Origin: Sanchytrium tribonematis
Lineage: Eukaryota
Length of the DNA stretch: 20,000 bases
Assembly: GCA_018985235.1 (NCBI GenBank)
Contig: JADGIG010000007.1
Location: forward strand, 46,116 to 66,115
Direction: 5' to 3'
Positions within the stretch are counted from its first letter, which is position 1. Each line of letters opens with the position of its first letter. The position numbers and the translations under genes are program-made. The notes under the pieces were generated by a model that ran no database searches, was not told the origin of the DNA, and saw only the letters and a list, made by a program, of their open reading frames with translations. Positions 18,416-20,000 of the stretch are shown here, one piece after another.

Positions 18416-19619
18416 TTATTCAATTTTCAAATCCTTCAAATTCATTTCCCACGGAAACTCTTCTCTGCCAAAATGCCCATAAGCCGCGGTTTTTTGATAA
18501 ATAGGCTTAGTTAATCCAAACTCTTGTACAATTTTACCCGGTCTTAGATCATAGTTTTTCTTAATTGTACTTAAGAGCTGGCTGTTGCTATATTTTGAAG
18601 TACCATAAGTATCGATAAAAATAGAAACAGGTTCAGCCACACCAATTGCGTATGAAACTTGAACCAACGCCCTTCTAGCCAATTTTGAATTAACAATTGA
18701 TTTTGCAACATGTCTAGCAGCATATGCAGCAGATCTATCTACTTTTGACCAGTCTTTCCCTGAAAAAGCGCCGCCACCATGTGCACCCCTAAATAAAAAT
18801 AATGTACCAACCACCATAAGTATCTACAATGATTTTTCTACCAGTAAGCCCGGCGTCTCCTTGTGGCCCTCCTATTACGAATCTTCCAGAAGGTTGTAAG
18901 TGGAATTTGGTTTTTGCATCTAAATATTTCTCTGGAACTACCGGTTTAACAATTTGTTCCAATAAATCTTTCCTTAGCTGTTCAACCTTAACAGTATCCG
19001 TGTGTTGCGTTGAAATAACTACAGCATCGACTCTTAATGGGATACATGCACCATTGTCCATTGTATATTCAACTGTAACCTGAGTTTTAGTATCAGGTAA
19101 TAAATAAGGAATAGAACCGTCTTTTCTACACTTTTCTAATTGCATATTGAGTTTGTGGGCCAATGTCATAGAAAGAGGCATTAATTCAGGAGTCTCGTCG
19201 GTGGCATATCCGAACATAATTCCTTGATCGCCAGCACCAATTTTTTCAATGTCGAAACCTTCTTGAACAAGTCCCTGTGCAATGTCTGGAGATTGCTCTT
19301 CAATAGCAACTAAAACATTGCAAGTTTTGTAGTCAAAGCCAAAGTCGGAGTCAGTATATCCAATATCCTTGATTACAGCTCGAATGACTTTCTGGTAGTC
19401 CAATCTAGTCTTTGTATTGATTTCTCCGAAAACCATTACCATTCCCGTCTTGGTTGCAGTTTCGCAAGCGACCTTGCTGTACGGATCTTCCTTTAAACAA
19501 GCGTCTAAAATGGCATCGCTAATTTGGTCGCAAATCTTATCAGGGTGGCCTCTGCCGACGGATTCACTAGTGAATAAAAAGGTTTCGTTTGATGTAGCAG
19601 TCATGTGTGTAGAATGCAT
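18416..19619 (-). CDS. SAM2: S-adenosylmethionine synthetase; complement(join(18416..18788,18808..19619)), 394 aa (alternative start 19604)
   Basis: FTSESV..GHPDK, GAGDQG and [17 protein letters not shown]. After splicing it reads [18 protein letters not shown], then YGHFGR. Confidence 0.97.
18789..18807 (-). other. 19-nt spliceosomal intron (phase 2), GTACATTATTTTTATTTAG
   Basis: Excision restores the conserved [17 protein letters not shown] exactly. Confidence 0.97.
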
Positions 19620-19765
19620 GTTACTTGTTTTAAATGGGCAAATTCAAAATGTAGAACTATTTGATAGGTCAAGAATTGCGCAGCATACCCCTGACTGAGC
19701 ACATACAGCGAAATTTAAAAATTGCACAAATGAATCAAATTGAAATTGAGAATAAAGAAATCTTT

Positions 19766-19963
19766 TTATTCTTTAGGGAACTCAAATTCAGTATTTTCTC
19801 CAGCAGTTAAAATTTTTTGAATCTCGTCAACTTTATTCTTATATGCTTCCTTGTTTTGAATGTCTTTCTGCTTGTGTAGAGATAGCTGGTAACTAAAGTA
19901 TCCATACACTAAGCCTGTTCCTAAAAAAATATATCGCCCGCCACGTAGAATTTGCTGCTCCAT
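19766..19963 (-). CDS. ATP21: Mitochondrial ATP synthase subunit e
   Basis: 65 aa. ILRGGRYIFLGTGLVYG matches the subunit e RYxxLxxGxxYG TM motif (GxxxG), followed by a charged helix. Confidence 0.7.
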   Translation of the reverse strand: MEQQILRGGRYIFLGTGLVYGYFSYQLSLHKQKDIQNKEAYKNKVDEIQKILTAGENTEFEFPKE

Positions 19964-20000
19964 CTCTGTTTCTAAGATCTCCTTGTAACAAACCTATCAG

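Noticed and set aside
1226..18807. Reading the seven broken genes as pseudogenes, sequencing frameshifts or programmed ribosomal frameshifts
   Set aside because: Each break is an insertion of exactly 19 AT-rich nt bounded by GT..AG with a shared T12/A14. Removal restores conserved motifs with no missing residues, which errors or slippage would not produce.
2253..19698. Numerous short ORF-track ORFs antisense to or nested in longer genes (e.g. 2253-2546, 3131-3442, 4635-4865, 9726-10013, 14784-15026, 18829-19083, 19417-19698)
   Set aside because: They are shadow ORFs of well-supported genes on the other strand and show no independent motifs.
1..20000. Alternative genetic code, prokaryotic operons, CRISPR arrays, tRNA/rRNA genes or transposons
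   Set aside because: TAA, TAG and TGA all end conserved proteins at the expected positions, and the genes are eukaryotic with spliceosomal introns. No repeat arrays, structured RNA genes or transposase/RT motifs were seen, and the spacers leave little room for them.

Overview
AT-rich, extremely gene-dense eukaryotic nuclear DNA in the standard genetic code. The gene content points to a fungus or fungus-related opisthokont, most likely an early-diverging zoosporic lineage (inference from GT71 mannosyltransferase, Vid27, Are-type MBOAT, Tom22, Rac1, SCFD2 and EFCAB9). About 21 protein-coding genes are packed into 20 kb with spacers of 3-182 bp. The main observation is that seven conserved genes (NAD-dependent epimerase, arginase, Rac1, PTPA, Vid27, RhoGAP, SAM synthetase) appear broken in the ORF track. 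Each is repaired exactly by removing one GT-AG intron of exactly 19 nt. All seven introns have T at position 12 and A at position 14 (a putative branch point 6 nt from the 3' end), and all lie in the 3' half of their gene. This suggests a fixed-length, ultra-short spliceosomal intron system of the kind known from Stentor and chlorarachniophyte nucleomorphs, here in a fungal-type genome that still encodes mitochondrial translation and ATP synthase proteins. Other points of interest are a clear EFCAB9 (CatSper Ca2+ sensor) homologue, poly(A) signals fused to stop codons, a GT71 with a degenerate internal duplication, and a stand-alone E3-binding-domain protein. All homology calls come from remembered motifs, not from database searches.
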